Shown: piece by piece, positions 40,105 through 49,894 of the stretch
Numbering within the stretch: the first letter of the stretch is position 1
How the letters are laid out: each line of letters starts with the position of its first letter
DNA from: Phycisphaerales bacterium
Lineage (GTDB): Bacteria > Planctomycetota > Phycisphaerae > WQYP01
Length of the DNA stretch: 64,000 nt
Assembly: GCA_027451365.1 (NCBI GenBank)
Contig: DAIDJN010000011.1
Span: 1 to 64,000, forward strand
Direction of reading: 5' to 3'
Position numbers and translations under genes: made by a program
The notes under the pieces: model-generated
What the model saw: only the letters and a program-made list of their open reading frames with translations
What the model was told of the DNA's origin: nothing
The model's database searches: none

Positions 40105-42240
40105 ATGACAGCTTATGCACCAGGTATTGCCGCAAGCCGCTCGCCTGCAGGGGTGAAACCCGCCGCGGATAGCGCCCGCTTTTTCAATCGCGACTTAAGC
40201 TGGCTGGATTTTAACTTTCGCGTTCTCCATGAGGCGACAAACCCGCGCAATCCACTCCTGGAACGGGTGAAATTTCTGGGTATTTTCGCCAGCAATACCG
40301 ACGAATTTTTCATGAAACGGATCGGCGTTCTTAAGCAGATTGCCGCCGCAAAACCCCTGGATGTCAGCCCGGACGGATTCACACATATCCAGCAGCTTTC
40401 GCTGGTGCGCCAAAAGCTTTCGCAACTCGCCGACATGCAACGCCAGATATGGGAAGACCAGCTTAAACCGGAAATGGAAAAGGCCAACCTTCGCTTGTGC
40501 ACCTACGAGCAGTTGAACGCCAAGCAACAGCAGTTCGCGGCCGATTATTTCCGGCAAATCGTATTCCCCGTTTTAACCCCCCTGGCGGTGGACCCCGGCC
40601 ATCCGTTTCCATTTATCAGCAATTTAAGCGTGTCGATCGGCGTATTGCTTAAACAGCCAGGCCAGCCCGAGTCGCTTTTTGCACGGGTGAAAATGCCGCG
40701 GCTGTTTCCACGGTGGTTCCGAATTGCACAGGAAGATGGCACCATTCTGGTGTCCCTTGAAAGCCTGATACAGGGTCAGTTGGCAATGCTTTTTCCCGGC
40801 ATGGAAATTGTCGAAACCAACTGCTTCCGAGTGACGCGCAACGCCGAGGTCGAAGCCGATGTGGACGATTCAGATGACCTTCTGGAAGTGGTGCAGGAAG
40901 AACTTCGAGCCCGGCGTTTTGCGGAAACAGTGCGTGTCCAGATAGCCCGCGGCATGTCCGACGAAATGCGCCGCTATCTGCTGGACGGCCTGGAAATTCA
41001 TTTCGACGACCTGTACGAAGAACCCGAACCGCTGGGAATGGCCGATGTCATGGCATTGGCCGCTTTGGAAGGTCCGCTGTTGCGGCTGCCCCCGTGGAAA
41101 CCAATCTGTTCGCCGGCCATGGCGGATGTGGACGCCAGTGTGTTTGCTATTATTCGACAAAGCGATGTGCTGGTTCACCATCCATATGAAAGCTTCGACA
41201 GTTCGGTGGAGCGGTTTATTCTTTCGGCGGTGCGTGACCCGCAGGTACTTGCCATTAAGATGACGTTGTACCGCACCAGCGGTGATTCCCCATTCGTGGC
41301 GGCTCTGGCCCGCGCAGCGGAATCCGGCAAGCAGGTGGCCGTCCTGGTGGAACTTAAAGCCCGATTTGATGAGGCCAGCAACATTCAATGGGCACAGGCC
41401 CTGGAAAATGCCGGTGCCCATGTGGTGTATGGCATTTTAGGGCTCAAAACGCATACGAAAATCGCGCTGGTTGTGCGTCAGGAAGACAACGTCGTGCGAT
41501 CCTATTGCCACATCTCCACAGGAAATTACAATTCGCGAACCGCCCAGTTGTATACAGACCTGGGCCTTTTCACCTGTCGCGAAGATATCTGTCAGGATGT
41601 GGTAGACCTGTTCGCGTTCCTCACCGGCCGCTCACTCAAAAACGACTACCGGAAACTTCTGGTTGCACCGGTCCAGATGCGCAACCGGTTTCGCGAAATG
41701 ATTCAGCGTGAAATCCGTCACGCCGTCGCTGGCCGGCCGGCCCGCCTGGTAGCGAAAATGAATGCCCTGGAAGACAACGAAATTATCGAAATGCTGTACA
41801 AAGCCAGCGCTGCGGGGGTGCAGATAGATCTGATTGTCCGCGGGTTCTGCTGCCTGCGTGCCGGAGTCCCAGGCCTTAGTGAAAATATTCGGGTCATGAG
41901 CGTCATCGGCCGCTTCCTGGAACATTCACGTGTGTTCTGGTTCCACAATAACGGTCAGGATGAGTTTTACATGGGATCGGGCGACTGGATGAGCCGCAAT
42001 TTGAGCCATCGCGTCGAAGCCGCCGTTCCGGTTGAAAGTCCGGTCTTGCAAACAAAGGTCCGCGAAGTTCTGGAAATTCTTCTGGCTGACAACCTTCAGG
42101 CATGGGACCTTCAACCGGATGGACAATGGATTCAGAGGCATCCAGTTCCGCCGCAGGAACCACGTCCCGCGCAAAACCGCCTCATGGAACTGGCAATTCA
42201 ACGCCAACACCTGATGATTCCGGCCAACCCAGCCAAATAA
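40105..42240 (+). CDS. ppk1: Polyphosphate kinase 1
   Basis: FNRDLSWLDFNFRVL, HPFPFISN, VELKARFDE, LKTHTK and GRFLEHSR. Confidence 0.96.
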   Translation: MTAYAPGIAASRSPAGVKPAADSARFFNRDLSWLDFNFRVLHEATNPRNPLLERVKFLGIFASNTDEFFMKRIGVLKQIAAAKPLDVSPDGFTHIQQLSLVRQKLSQLADMQRQIWEDQLKPEMEKANLRLCTYEQLNAKQQQFAADYFRQIVFPVLTPLAVDPGHPFPFISNLSVSIGVLLKQPGQPESLFARVKMPRLFPRWFRIAQEDGTILVSLESLIQGQLAMLFPGMEIVETNCFRVTRNAEVEADVDDSDDLLEVVQEELRARRFAETVRVQIARGMSDEMRRYLLDGLEIHFDDLYEEPEPLGMADVMALAALEGPLLRLPPWKPICSPAMADVDASVFAIIRQSDVLVHHPYESFDSSVERFILSAVRDPQVLAIKMTLYRTSGDSPFVAALARAAESGKQVAVLVELKARFDEASNIQWAQALENAGAHVVYGILGLKTHTKIALVVRQEDNVVRSYCHISTGNYNSRTAQLYTDLGLFTCREDICQDVVDLFAFLTGRSLKNDYRKLLVAPVQMRNRFREMIQREIRHAVAGRPARLVAKMNALEDNEIIEMLYKASAAGVQIDLIVRGFCCLRAGVPGLSENIRVMSVIGRFLEHSRVFWFHNNGQDEFYMGSGDWMSRNLSHRVEAAVPVESPVLQTKVREVLEILLADNLQAWDLQPDGQWIQRHPVPPQEPRPAQNRLMELAIQRQHLMIPANPAK

Positions 42241-42343
42241 TAGCGCTTTGCGAACTTTTCTCCGGCGCCGCACCGGGTAGACAAGGTCTTGGAACCGTTT
42301 GCTTTTTTTTATGCCAACGACTAGCTTGGCCTCCGGTGCTTTT

Positions 42344-43606
42344 ATGAGGGAAACAATTCCCATCTACACTCCAGCCGCCCTAAAACCCAGAAAGGGACCA
42401 TCCACGGCCGCAAAAAGCGCCATTGATAGTCTTGTAAGTATCGACTGGCAAGAGATTTACGATAAGTCAACCGCTTGGCGGCATCAGCTCCATCAAATTC
42501 CCGAACTAGGCTATCAAGAAAAGCTTACCAGTGACGCAATCGCCGGGGTTCTTAAACAACTCCGCATTCCTTATAAACGCGGATTTGGCGGGGGAACAGG
42601 CATTCTGGCACAGATTGATGGCCGTGGCGACCGGTGCATCGCATTGCGTGCGGATATGGATGCACTGCCTGTCACAGAGTTAACAGGCCGGGAATGGCAA
42701 AGCCGCCATCCAGGCATGATGCACGCCTGCGGCCATGACGGCCACATGGCGATCGCCCTGGGGGCGGCCACAGCTTTAATGCACATTCGCAAACAGCTTC
42801 AAGGAAAGGTTAAAATTCTTTTCCAACCTGCGGAAGAGGGGCTGAATGGCGCTGAACGCATGTGCCGCGACGGCGTGCTGGAAAACCCCGACGTAGATGC
42901 CATTTTTGGTCTGCACGGCTGGCCGGGCCTGCCCGTGGGAACCATCGGTTACCGGCCGGGAGTATTTCTGGCGGCGGTCGATTCATTAGTTATAGAGATT
43001 CACGGCAAAGGCACCCACGCCGCATCGCCGCATCATGGTGCCGACCCGATTGCCTGCGGCGCGGCGCTAGTGCAGGCGCTTGCCGGGCTTTTGGCCAGCA
43101 ACATTGACCCAATCGATACAGTCGTGCTGACCATTGGTACGTTCAATGCCGGGCGGGCCAGCAATGTGGTACCGGAATCGGCAACACTTAGCGGCACTTT
43201 GCGGACTCTGGCACCCGCGACGCGAAGCCAGGCCGTCAGACTTATTCAGCACACCTGCCACACCGTCGCAGCCACCCACCGCTGTAAAGCGACTTGTCGC
43301 TTCACTTCGGCCACCCCCACCACTGTCAATCCTGCGTCCGAGGCTGATTTTCTCAGGAAAACGGCCAGTGCACTTCTGAGTGCAGAGAAAGTAGTGGAAT
43401 TCCACCAGCCATTTTTATGGAGCGAAGATTTTGCCTATTATTTAAAACGTGTCCCCGGCTGCTTTTTTGTCCTTGGCGTACGGCCGCCCGGTAAGCGAGA
43501 ATATCCCATGCTGCATAACCCGCTTTACGATTTCCCGGATGCTGCGCTGCCGGCGGGCATCCGTTTGATGGCTGAGTTAGCGTATTCCCGCCTGGCTCGG
43601 CCGTAA
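42344..43606 (+). CDS. M20D family amidohydrolase
   Basis: LHQIPELG, LRADMDAL, MHACGHDGH, FQPAEEG and SEDF. Confidence 0.92.
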   Translation: MRETIPIYTPAALKPRKGPSTAAKSAIDSLVSIDWQEIYDKSTAWRHQLHQIPELGYQEKLTSDAIAGVLKQLRIPYKRGFGGGTGILAQIDGRGDRCIALRADMDALPVTELTGREWQSRHPGMMHACGHDGHMAIALGAATALMHIRKQLQGKVKILFQPAEEGLNGAERMCRDGVLENPDVDAIFGLHGWPGLPVGTIGYRPGVFLAAVDSLVIEIHGKGTHAASPHHGADPIACGAALVQALAGLLASNIDPIDTVVLTIGTFNAGRASNVVPESATLSGTLRTLAPATRSQAVRLIQHTCHTVAATHRCKATCRFTSATPTTVNPASEADFLRKTASALLSAEKVVEFHQPFLWSEDFAYYLKRVPGCFFVLGVRPPGKREYPMLHNPLYDFPDAALPAGIRLMAELAYSRLARP

Positions 43607-43749
43607 TCAGATAGGTGCGCCCCGAACCAATTAGTGTGTGGCACAACATTTTTTTCACCTGCAGACCGCCAATTGCCAGATAACCTGAACGATCTGCTAT
43701 ACTGGAGACATTCAGTATTGCGGCCACCGACCGCCGGCAAGAGTCGATT

Positions 43750-46296
43750 ATGGATGACGTAACCATCATGAACAGTGCGGAAATTGAAGCGATTCTGGCT
43801 GGCCTGACCAAACCGCAGCGCCAGGCCGTGGAACATATTGATGGCCCCCTGCTGGTGCTGGCGGGCGCCGGATCGGGAAAAACCCGGACAATTACCAGGC
43901 GAATGGCCTTTCTGGCGGCACAAGGTATTCCACCCAGGAATATTTTGGCTGTTACGTTTACGAATAAGGCGGCTGGTGAAATGCGCGGTCGCACTGTGGA
44001 TTTGCTTAAATTTCTTCCGCCGCGGACAGCTCAAGGCATTACCGTATCGACATTTCACAGCCTGTGCGTGAAGTTGCTCAGGCAATTTGCCCCGGTGTTG
44101 GGCATGCCTTCGGCATTCAGTATTCTGGACAGTTCAGACCAGTTGAAACTGGTGAAACAGGCCTTGGAGAAAGCGGGCATATCCCCAGACAACTTTACCC
44201 CCGCCCGCGTACTTGACCAAATAAGCGGTGCCAAAAGCCGCCTCCAGACTCCCGACGCCTTTGCCGAACATGCCAGTGGGTTTTACAACACCAATGTGGC
44301 CAAGGCTTACCGCAGCTATGAAGCCCTGTTGCGCGAAAATAAAGCCATGGACTTTGACGATCTATTGCTTAAAACCGCCTTTCTGCTTCGCGACCACCGC
44401 GACGTGCTTGAACAGCTTCAGGACCGGTACCAGTACATTCTCATTGACGAATATCAGGACACCAATCATGCACAGTTTCTGATCGTTAAAATGTTGGCCG
44501 CGCGACATCAGAATATTTGTGCTACCGGCGATCCGGACCAGTCCATTTATGCATGGCGCGGTGCCAACATGTCCAACATTCTGGAATTTGAAAAGCATTT
44601 TCCCAACGCCCGGGTGGTGTTGTTGGAACAGAATTACCGCAGCACAAAAACCATTCTAAAGGCCGCTTCCGGCCTGATATCCCACAACCGCGTGCGTAAA
44701 CAGAAAGAACTGTGGACGGAAAATCCGATCGGTGGAAAAATTGTTTCAATAGTCGCCGCGGACGAATATCAGGAGTCGCAGGAAATTGTCCGTCGCCTGC
44801 GGTCACTGCATGAACATGAGAACGTCGGGTGGGAAAAAATGGCGATTTTTTATCGCGTGAATTCACTCTCCCGCGTACTTGAGGACGCCCTGATGAAATC
44901 CGGCGTGCCGTATCAGATTGTACGCGGGACGGAATTTTACGCCCGGCGCGAAGTGAAAGATGTCCTGGCTTATCTGAAACTGGTTATGAATCCGGGTGAT
45001 TCTGTCAGCTTTGAACGCGTGATCAACGTTCCCGCCCGCGGAATCGGGGATACGAGTGTCTCGCGCATTGGCATGTTTGCCGTGGAAAACGGCATCAGTC
45101 ATTTAGTCGCCGCAGCGCGTGCCGCGGAAATTCCCGGCCTTAGCAGGAAAGTTGTTGACGGCGCCAGCCGTTTCGCCCGCCTAATTCAGGCCATGCACGC
45201 GAGAATTGAGCCAACGCTGCGGGCCTCTGCAACTCCGGAAAATGATGCGATTGATCCGGCCGACGAATCGGCGAACGTCCAGGCCGATTCAGCAGTTGAC
45301 TTTAACCCACCGGCGGACACTTTCACCGCTGACTTTGCCCCCCCGCCACAAGGGGAATCAGCCGACAATGCTTTTTTTCCAGGTCCGACGCCAATCGGCC
45401 CGGATTTTCAGCCGCAGGATTTCCAGGAATCCTCGAAGGTGTCGCCGGTTCTAATACCGGTAGCCGCCATTATGGAAGAGCTGATTCGCGGCGCGGGTTT
45501 TCTAGACCTTAAAACGGCCGATGAAGAATCGCTGCAACGCGCGTCAAATATTCAGGAATTGATAAACATTGCCGCCGAGTTCGACCGGCAGAACCCGGGC
45601 GGCACACTGCTGGATTATCTGACCCAGGTGACGCTGGTTTCGGACACGGACCGTATGAAGTCGGATCGCGGTGCCGTTACCATGATGACACTTCACGCCG
45701 CCAAAGGTCTGGAATTTCCGGTGGTGGTCATGGCGGGGCTTGAAGAGGGTATTCTTCCCCATGAACGGGCCATTGGGTATCAGGCTAAAGAAGATGATAT
45801 TGAAGAAGAACGCCGACTGGCATTTGTGGGAATTACCCGCGCCATGGAACGGCTTATCATCAGCTATGCAGCGTGGCGAATGGTCATGGGACGTTCGGAA
45901 TCCCGTCTGCGATCCCGATTCATTTCCGAGTTGCCCGAAGAGTGCATGGAGGAAGTTGACCTTAGCCGGCAGCTTCCGTCCGCTGGATCTGTTGGCTTTC
46001 GGGATAATTCCCCGCGTCATGTCCGGCCGGGAAATCGAGCCTCGGCCGCTGTTGCCAATCACAGTCATTCCGCGGCGGTCGGCACACCGGCGGTGGCGGC
46101 AGGTTCGGCGGAGTCAGCTGCGGCCGGTTCAGATTTTCGCGAGGGCCAGCTGGTGCGACACCCCAATTTCGGCTTGGGCCGCATTGCGGAAATTGGCGAT
46201 GATCCGGCCCAAACACGGGCCGTGGTGGAATTTCAATCCGCAGGCCGCAAAACGCTGATCCTTCAATTCGCCAAATTGCAGCGCGTCGACGGGTAG
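43750..46296 (+). CDS. pcrA: ATP-dependent DNA helicase PcrA/UvrD
   Basis: AGAGSGKT, IDEYQDTN, QNYRST, TLHAAKGLEF and EERRLAFVGITRA; C-terminal Tudor-like VRHPNFGLG. Confidence 0.95.
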   Translation: MDDVTIMNSAEIEAILAGLTKPQRQAVEHIDGPLLVLAGAGSGKTRTITRRMAFLAAQGIPPRNILAVTFTNKAAGEMRGRTVDLLKFLPPRTAQGITVSTFHSLCVKLLRQFAPVLGMPSAFSILDSSDQLKLVKQALEKAGISPDNFTPARVLDQISGAKSRLQTPDAFAEHASGFYNTNVAKAYRSYEALLRENKAMDFDDLLLKTAFLLRDHRDVLEQLQDRYQYILIDEYQDTNHAQFLIVKMLAARHQNICATGDPDQSIYAWRGANMSNILEFEKHFPNARVVLLEQNYRSTKTILKAASGLISHNRVRKQKELWTENPIGGKIVSIVAADEYQESQEIVRRLRSLHEHENVGWEKMAIFYRVNSLSRVLEDALMKSGVPYQIVRGTEFYARREVKDVLAYLKLVMNPGDSVSFERVINVPARGIGDTSVSRIGMFAVENGISHLVAAARAAEIPGLSRKVVDGASRFARLIQAMHARIEPTLRASATPENDAIDPADESANVQADSAVDFNPPADTFTADFAPPPQGESADNAFFPGPTPIGPDFQPQDFQESSKVSPVLIPVAAIMEELIRGAGFLDLKTADEESLQRASNIQELINIAAEFDRQNPGGTLLDYLTQVTLVSDTDRMKSDRGAVTMMTLHAAKGLEFPVVVMAGLEEGILPHERAIGYQAKEDDIEEERRLAFVGITRAMERLIISYAAWRMVMGRSESRLRSRFISELPEECMEEVDLSRQLPSAGSVGFRDNSPRHVRPGNRASAAVANHSHSAAVGTPAVAAGSAESAAAGSDFREGQLVRHPNFGLGRIAEIGDDPAQTRAVVEFQSAGRKTLILQFAKLQRVDG

Positions 46297-46876
46297 GCGC
46301 TTTGCATCAACCCAGATGCGCAGAATCTTCTCTTGATCCCATATCATCTCCGGAATTCTCGAATCAATTCGCCGTTGACCGCGGACCAATAGACCACGGC
46401 GTTTTTGCTCGTGTCGAGCCGGTTTGGAACACCCGATAATCGTTTAAGGGGTTCCCCGCCTTAAAGTTCACGCAGTTTCATTTGTAACGATATATAAACA
46501 TAACTATATCATAAGATGCCGTGTCAAACGACTCGCCGATAAAAATAGCTGGTGCGGGTGGGCATCCGCTGAATCGGCCCTTCTAAAACGGCCAAACAGC
46601 TCGATTCGCATCATCCGTCAAGTGTCTGACCGATTCGTGCGGAAGACCGAAGTAAGATGGATAGGTCGGAATGGCGTTTTTTTTTATCACTTTGAAATTT
46701 GACCTACGGTGCACAGCGGTACCATCACGATCGGAACCGAACCCGAATCGTTTGCGAACAACGCGCGCTTGCGAATAGTCAACCGTGCTTTCGATTTAGG
46801 CCGGTTCAATGCAAGGGTGATTCCCGCGTTGCCAATTTACCAATCGGCGGGGCAATAAACTTCGACATGCGCGTAT

Positions 46877-47599
46877 TCATGCCAGCGGCTGCCTGCGGCC
46901 GTAAGTTTGTTCGGCGCTGCCCCGGGCCGGCTTAAGAAAGCGCACTGCGTTGATGATAATCTGTTGAATTTCCTTCTGATGGTAGGTTGGATATGTTTCA
47001 TGGCCGGGTCGAAAATAAAATATGCGGCCCGCGCCACGTCGATAGACCAATCCGCTGCGGAATACTTCTCCACCGGTAAAAGAACTGATCAGAACAGTTT
47101 CATCAGGTTCGGGAACATCGAAATGTTCGCCGTACATTTCCTCTCGCGGAATGATGATATGGTCGCTTAAGCCGGCAAGAATCGGATGCCCCGGAGCGGT
47201 AAACCATAAAATTTCGCGGTCGTTGGCTTCGCGCCATTTCAGGCTGCAGGATGTGCCCATCAATAAGTTAAATATCTTGGAATAATGCGCGGAATGAAGC
47301 ACCAGCAACCCCATGCCCGCAAGGACCCGCTTGTGAACTTTGGCGACAATATCGTCCCGCACCTCATGATGCGCCTTATGCCCCCACCAGGTTAGAACAT
47401 CCGTGCAGGCCAGCACTTCATCCGTCAGACCGTGATCCGGCTCGTCCTGTGTGGCTGTTCTAACCTGCATATCGCCTGCGGCGGACAGGGCCGCGGCCAG
47501 CACCGCGTGCATGCCATCAGGATAAATGGAGCGTACCTCGTCGCTGGTTTTTTCATGCCGGTATTCATGCCATATGGTGACGCGAATTTTTTCAGCCAT
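46877..47599 (-). CDS. ThuA-like trehalose utilisation protein
   Basis: IYPDGMH, TDVLTWWGH.AH, LHSAHYSK, EEMYGE.FDVPEPD and YFRPGHETYP. Confidence 0.9.
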   Translation of the reverse strand: MAEKIRVTIWHEYRHEKTSDEVRSIYPDGMHAVLAAALSAAGDMQVRTATQDEPDHGLTDEVLACTDVLTWWGHKAHHEVRDDIVAKVHKRVLAGMGLLVLHSAHYSKIFNLLMGTSCSLKWREANDREILWFTAPGHPILAGLSDHIIIPREEMYGEHFDVPEPDETVLISSFTGGEVFRSGLVYRRGAGRIFYFRPGHETYPTYHQKEIQQIIINAVRFLKPARGSAEQTYGRRQPLA

Positions 47600-47947
47600 G
47601 GTACATTCCTGTTTATGACACATCCATTAAAAATCTAAAAGCTCAACAAAACAGTATCTGCTTGCGTCCGAATGCACAACTGCCAAAAATAGTGATCGAC
47701 AAGAGAAAACCCCATTTCCGACGCAATAAGGCCATTATTATTATTGATTTGCGGCGTTGTCTGCCAACCCTAGGCCGAACCCGTAAATACAGTTTAATGC
47801 TTAAGTTGCGAATATATCAAACGTAAACGCAAAAAAAATAAAACAGGTAGTACCTCTAATCACTGTAACCGCGATATAATACTTAGAGGTTCAAAGTTGG
47901 TCCGAAAACCATGTGAGCCGCCTGGTACGAACAGTGTGAGGTGCTTT

Positions 47948-49759
47948 ATGACCAGATTCTCCAAAATATCCGCCAACATACTTCCCCGGCCAAGACTTGG
48001 CCACGAGCGGTTTCTGGCTTTGGCAGCCTTTGCCATTGGCGCAGCGATCGCGATTGCCCCGGTAACCGCACAGGTACAGGTTCAACAGGGACAGGCACTG
48101 GATGCCAGTAACCAAGTCGGTTCCGGCGGAAGTAACAATCCCGTTCCCGGCTATTACCCGCAGAATGCCAATAGTTATGGTGTGATTAATTCCGGCGGCG
48201 CCAGACTGAACTATCAGGTTGTTCCGGTTCCTCTGCCCGGCGGAGGAACAAGCTACGCACGGATTCCGCAGATCAGCCAGTCACCTTTTGTAAATGCGTC
48301 GGTTTCTCCGGGCCAGGCGGAGCTTTCGCGGGTGAACGCCGTGAGTGCCGGGGTATCGAGTTTCAGCGCCCAACAACTAGTCAATGGTCAATCCAGTTTT
48401 ATTGCGGGAAACACTTTGGGACAAAATGCACTGGGCGTTTCGCCTAACGGCAATAGTCCGGATTATCTTAATAATGCGCTTAACAGCGCGCTAACCAGCC
48501 CCCCCACAAATCTGCCGTATGGAAATCTTGGCTCCGCGCTGCCACCTGGAAGCCTTTACAACTATAACCCCGGCACGGCGAGCAATGGACTGGTCACCGG
48601 TGGCGATTCGCAAGTCAGTTCACTTTTTGGCCTGCGGCAGGTGCACGTACAGGAAGCCGTTAACCAGAATGATCTGGGCATTCGCAAGGACGGAACCTAT
48701 GGCCGCCTGAATAACAAGGTGAAATCCGATTTAAACAGTGCGGATAACAGTGTCAACAAGCCGCCGCGACCGACGGATTTTATTGTGAACAGCAAAGTAT
48801 CATCCGCGCCGCTGGGTGATAAAATTAACGCGGGGGGCAGTGCCTCGCCCGTTGGCCAGGCGCTGAATTCGTTAAGCGGCTCCCAAGTTGCACCGGGCAG
48901 CCGGCCCGCCGGAGACCTTTATCAGCAACTGCTTGCGGAACTTTCCAGCGGGCATAAAAAGCTCATAACCGCTCCGGGGCTTGGTGGAAAATCGGCCATG
49001 ACACTTACCACTCTGGCTCCGCGGAATACTCAACAGGAACAAATGCTGACGGTGGACCCCATTACCGGGTTGCCGATTGCGCCGCTGACTGCCCGCCGCG
49101 TGCGTAACGGAATTGCCAGTGGCCCGGCCCCAAAAACCGGCGGCAAGACTCCCGCGTATATTACGCCTGGCACAGGCACGCTTCTGCACGAAGAAAACAA
49201 ATTGATTCCCAAACATCTGGTGCGCGTCCTGCAGGCCGGACAGAAGGTGCACATTCTTAATTCACTGGTGGGTCAGGCACCTGGCGCGTTTAATCAGGAA
49301 ATGGCCCGCGGCCAGGCTGCAATGGAAAAGGGAAAATTCATCCGCGCCATGGATGCCTATCAGGGCGCCATGATGCTTAACCAGACCAATCCGCTTCCCA
49401 TTGTGGGACGCGCCCACGCGGAACTTGCCGCCGGCCTGTACGATACCGCCGCGTACGATCTTAAATTCGTATTCCGTCGGCATCCGGAACTTACTGCGGT
49501 TCGTTACAACCTTAAAAAGCTTCTGCCGGCCATTACCATCACCGCCGTCAACAAAGACCTGGCGGGTTTGCTTAAGGAAAAAAGCAAAACCGGCGCATTC
49601 CTTTCCGCGTACATGGCGTACCAGACGGGCAACCGTGCTAAACTTGGAAAGATACTGGCCGAATGGGCCAAATGGCGCAATGGCGGCATGTGGCCCGCAG
49701 TGCTCAGCCAGGCCTGGCTGCACCACGCCAAAACAACACGGCATGGAGCCAAACAGTGA
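47948..49759 (+). CDS. Secreted protein with low-complexity N-half and C-terminal TPR-like helices
   Basis: Signal-like N-terminus, Gly/Asn/Ser/Pro-rich region and MARGQAAMEKGKFIRAMDAY TPR-like segment. Confidence 0.7.
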   Translation: MTRFSKISANILPRPRLGHERFLALAAFAIGAAIAIAPVTAQVQVQQGQALDASNQVGSGGSNNPVPGYYPQNANSYGVINSGGARLNYQVVPVPLPGGGTSYARIPQISQSPFVNASVSPGQAELSRVNAVSAGVSSFSAQQLVNGQSSFIAGNTLGQNALGVSPNGNSPDYLNNALNSALTSPPTNLPYGNLGSALPPGSLYNYNPGTASNGLVTGGDSQVSSLFGLRQVHVQEAVNQNDLGIRKDGTYGRLNNKVKSDLNSADNSVNKPPRPTDFIVNSKVSSAPLGDKINAGGSASPVGQALNSLSGSQVAPGSRPAGDLYQQLLAELSSGHKKLITAPGLGGKSAMTLTTLAPRNTQQEQMLTVDPITGLPIAPLTARRVRNGIASGPAPKTGGKTPAYITPGTGTLLHEENKLIPKHLVRVLQAGQKVHILNSLVGQAPGAFNQEMARGQAAMEKGKFIRAMDAYQGAMMLNQTNPLPIVGRAHAELAAGLYDTAAYDLKFVFRRHPELTAVRYNLKKLLPAITITAVNKDLAGLLKEKSKTGAFLSAYMAYQTGNRAKLGKILAEWAKWRNGGMWPAVLSQAWLHHAKTTRHGAKQ

Positions 49760-49894
49760 AGTACCGACCAACACCCTTTTTTCGGAGGGGCATCAAAGCC
49801 CGGCTGAATCCGGGGCGGCGGACTGTGGCGCGATTCTATTTGTTGTTCACGACTGTGTGCCAGTCGGACTTTTCCATTGTTTGCGAGCCTTAAT

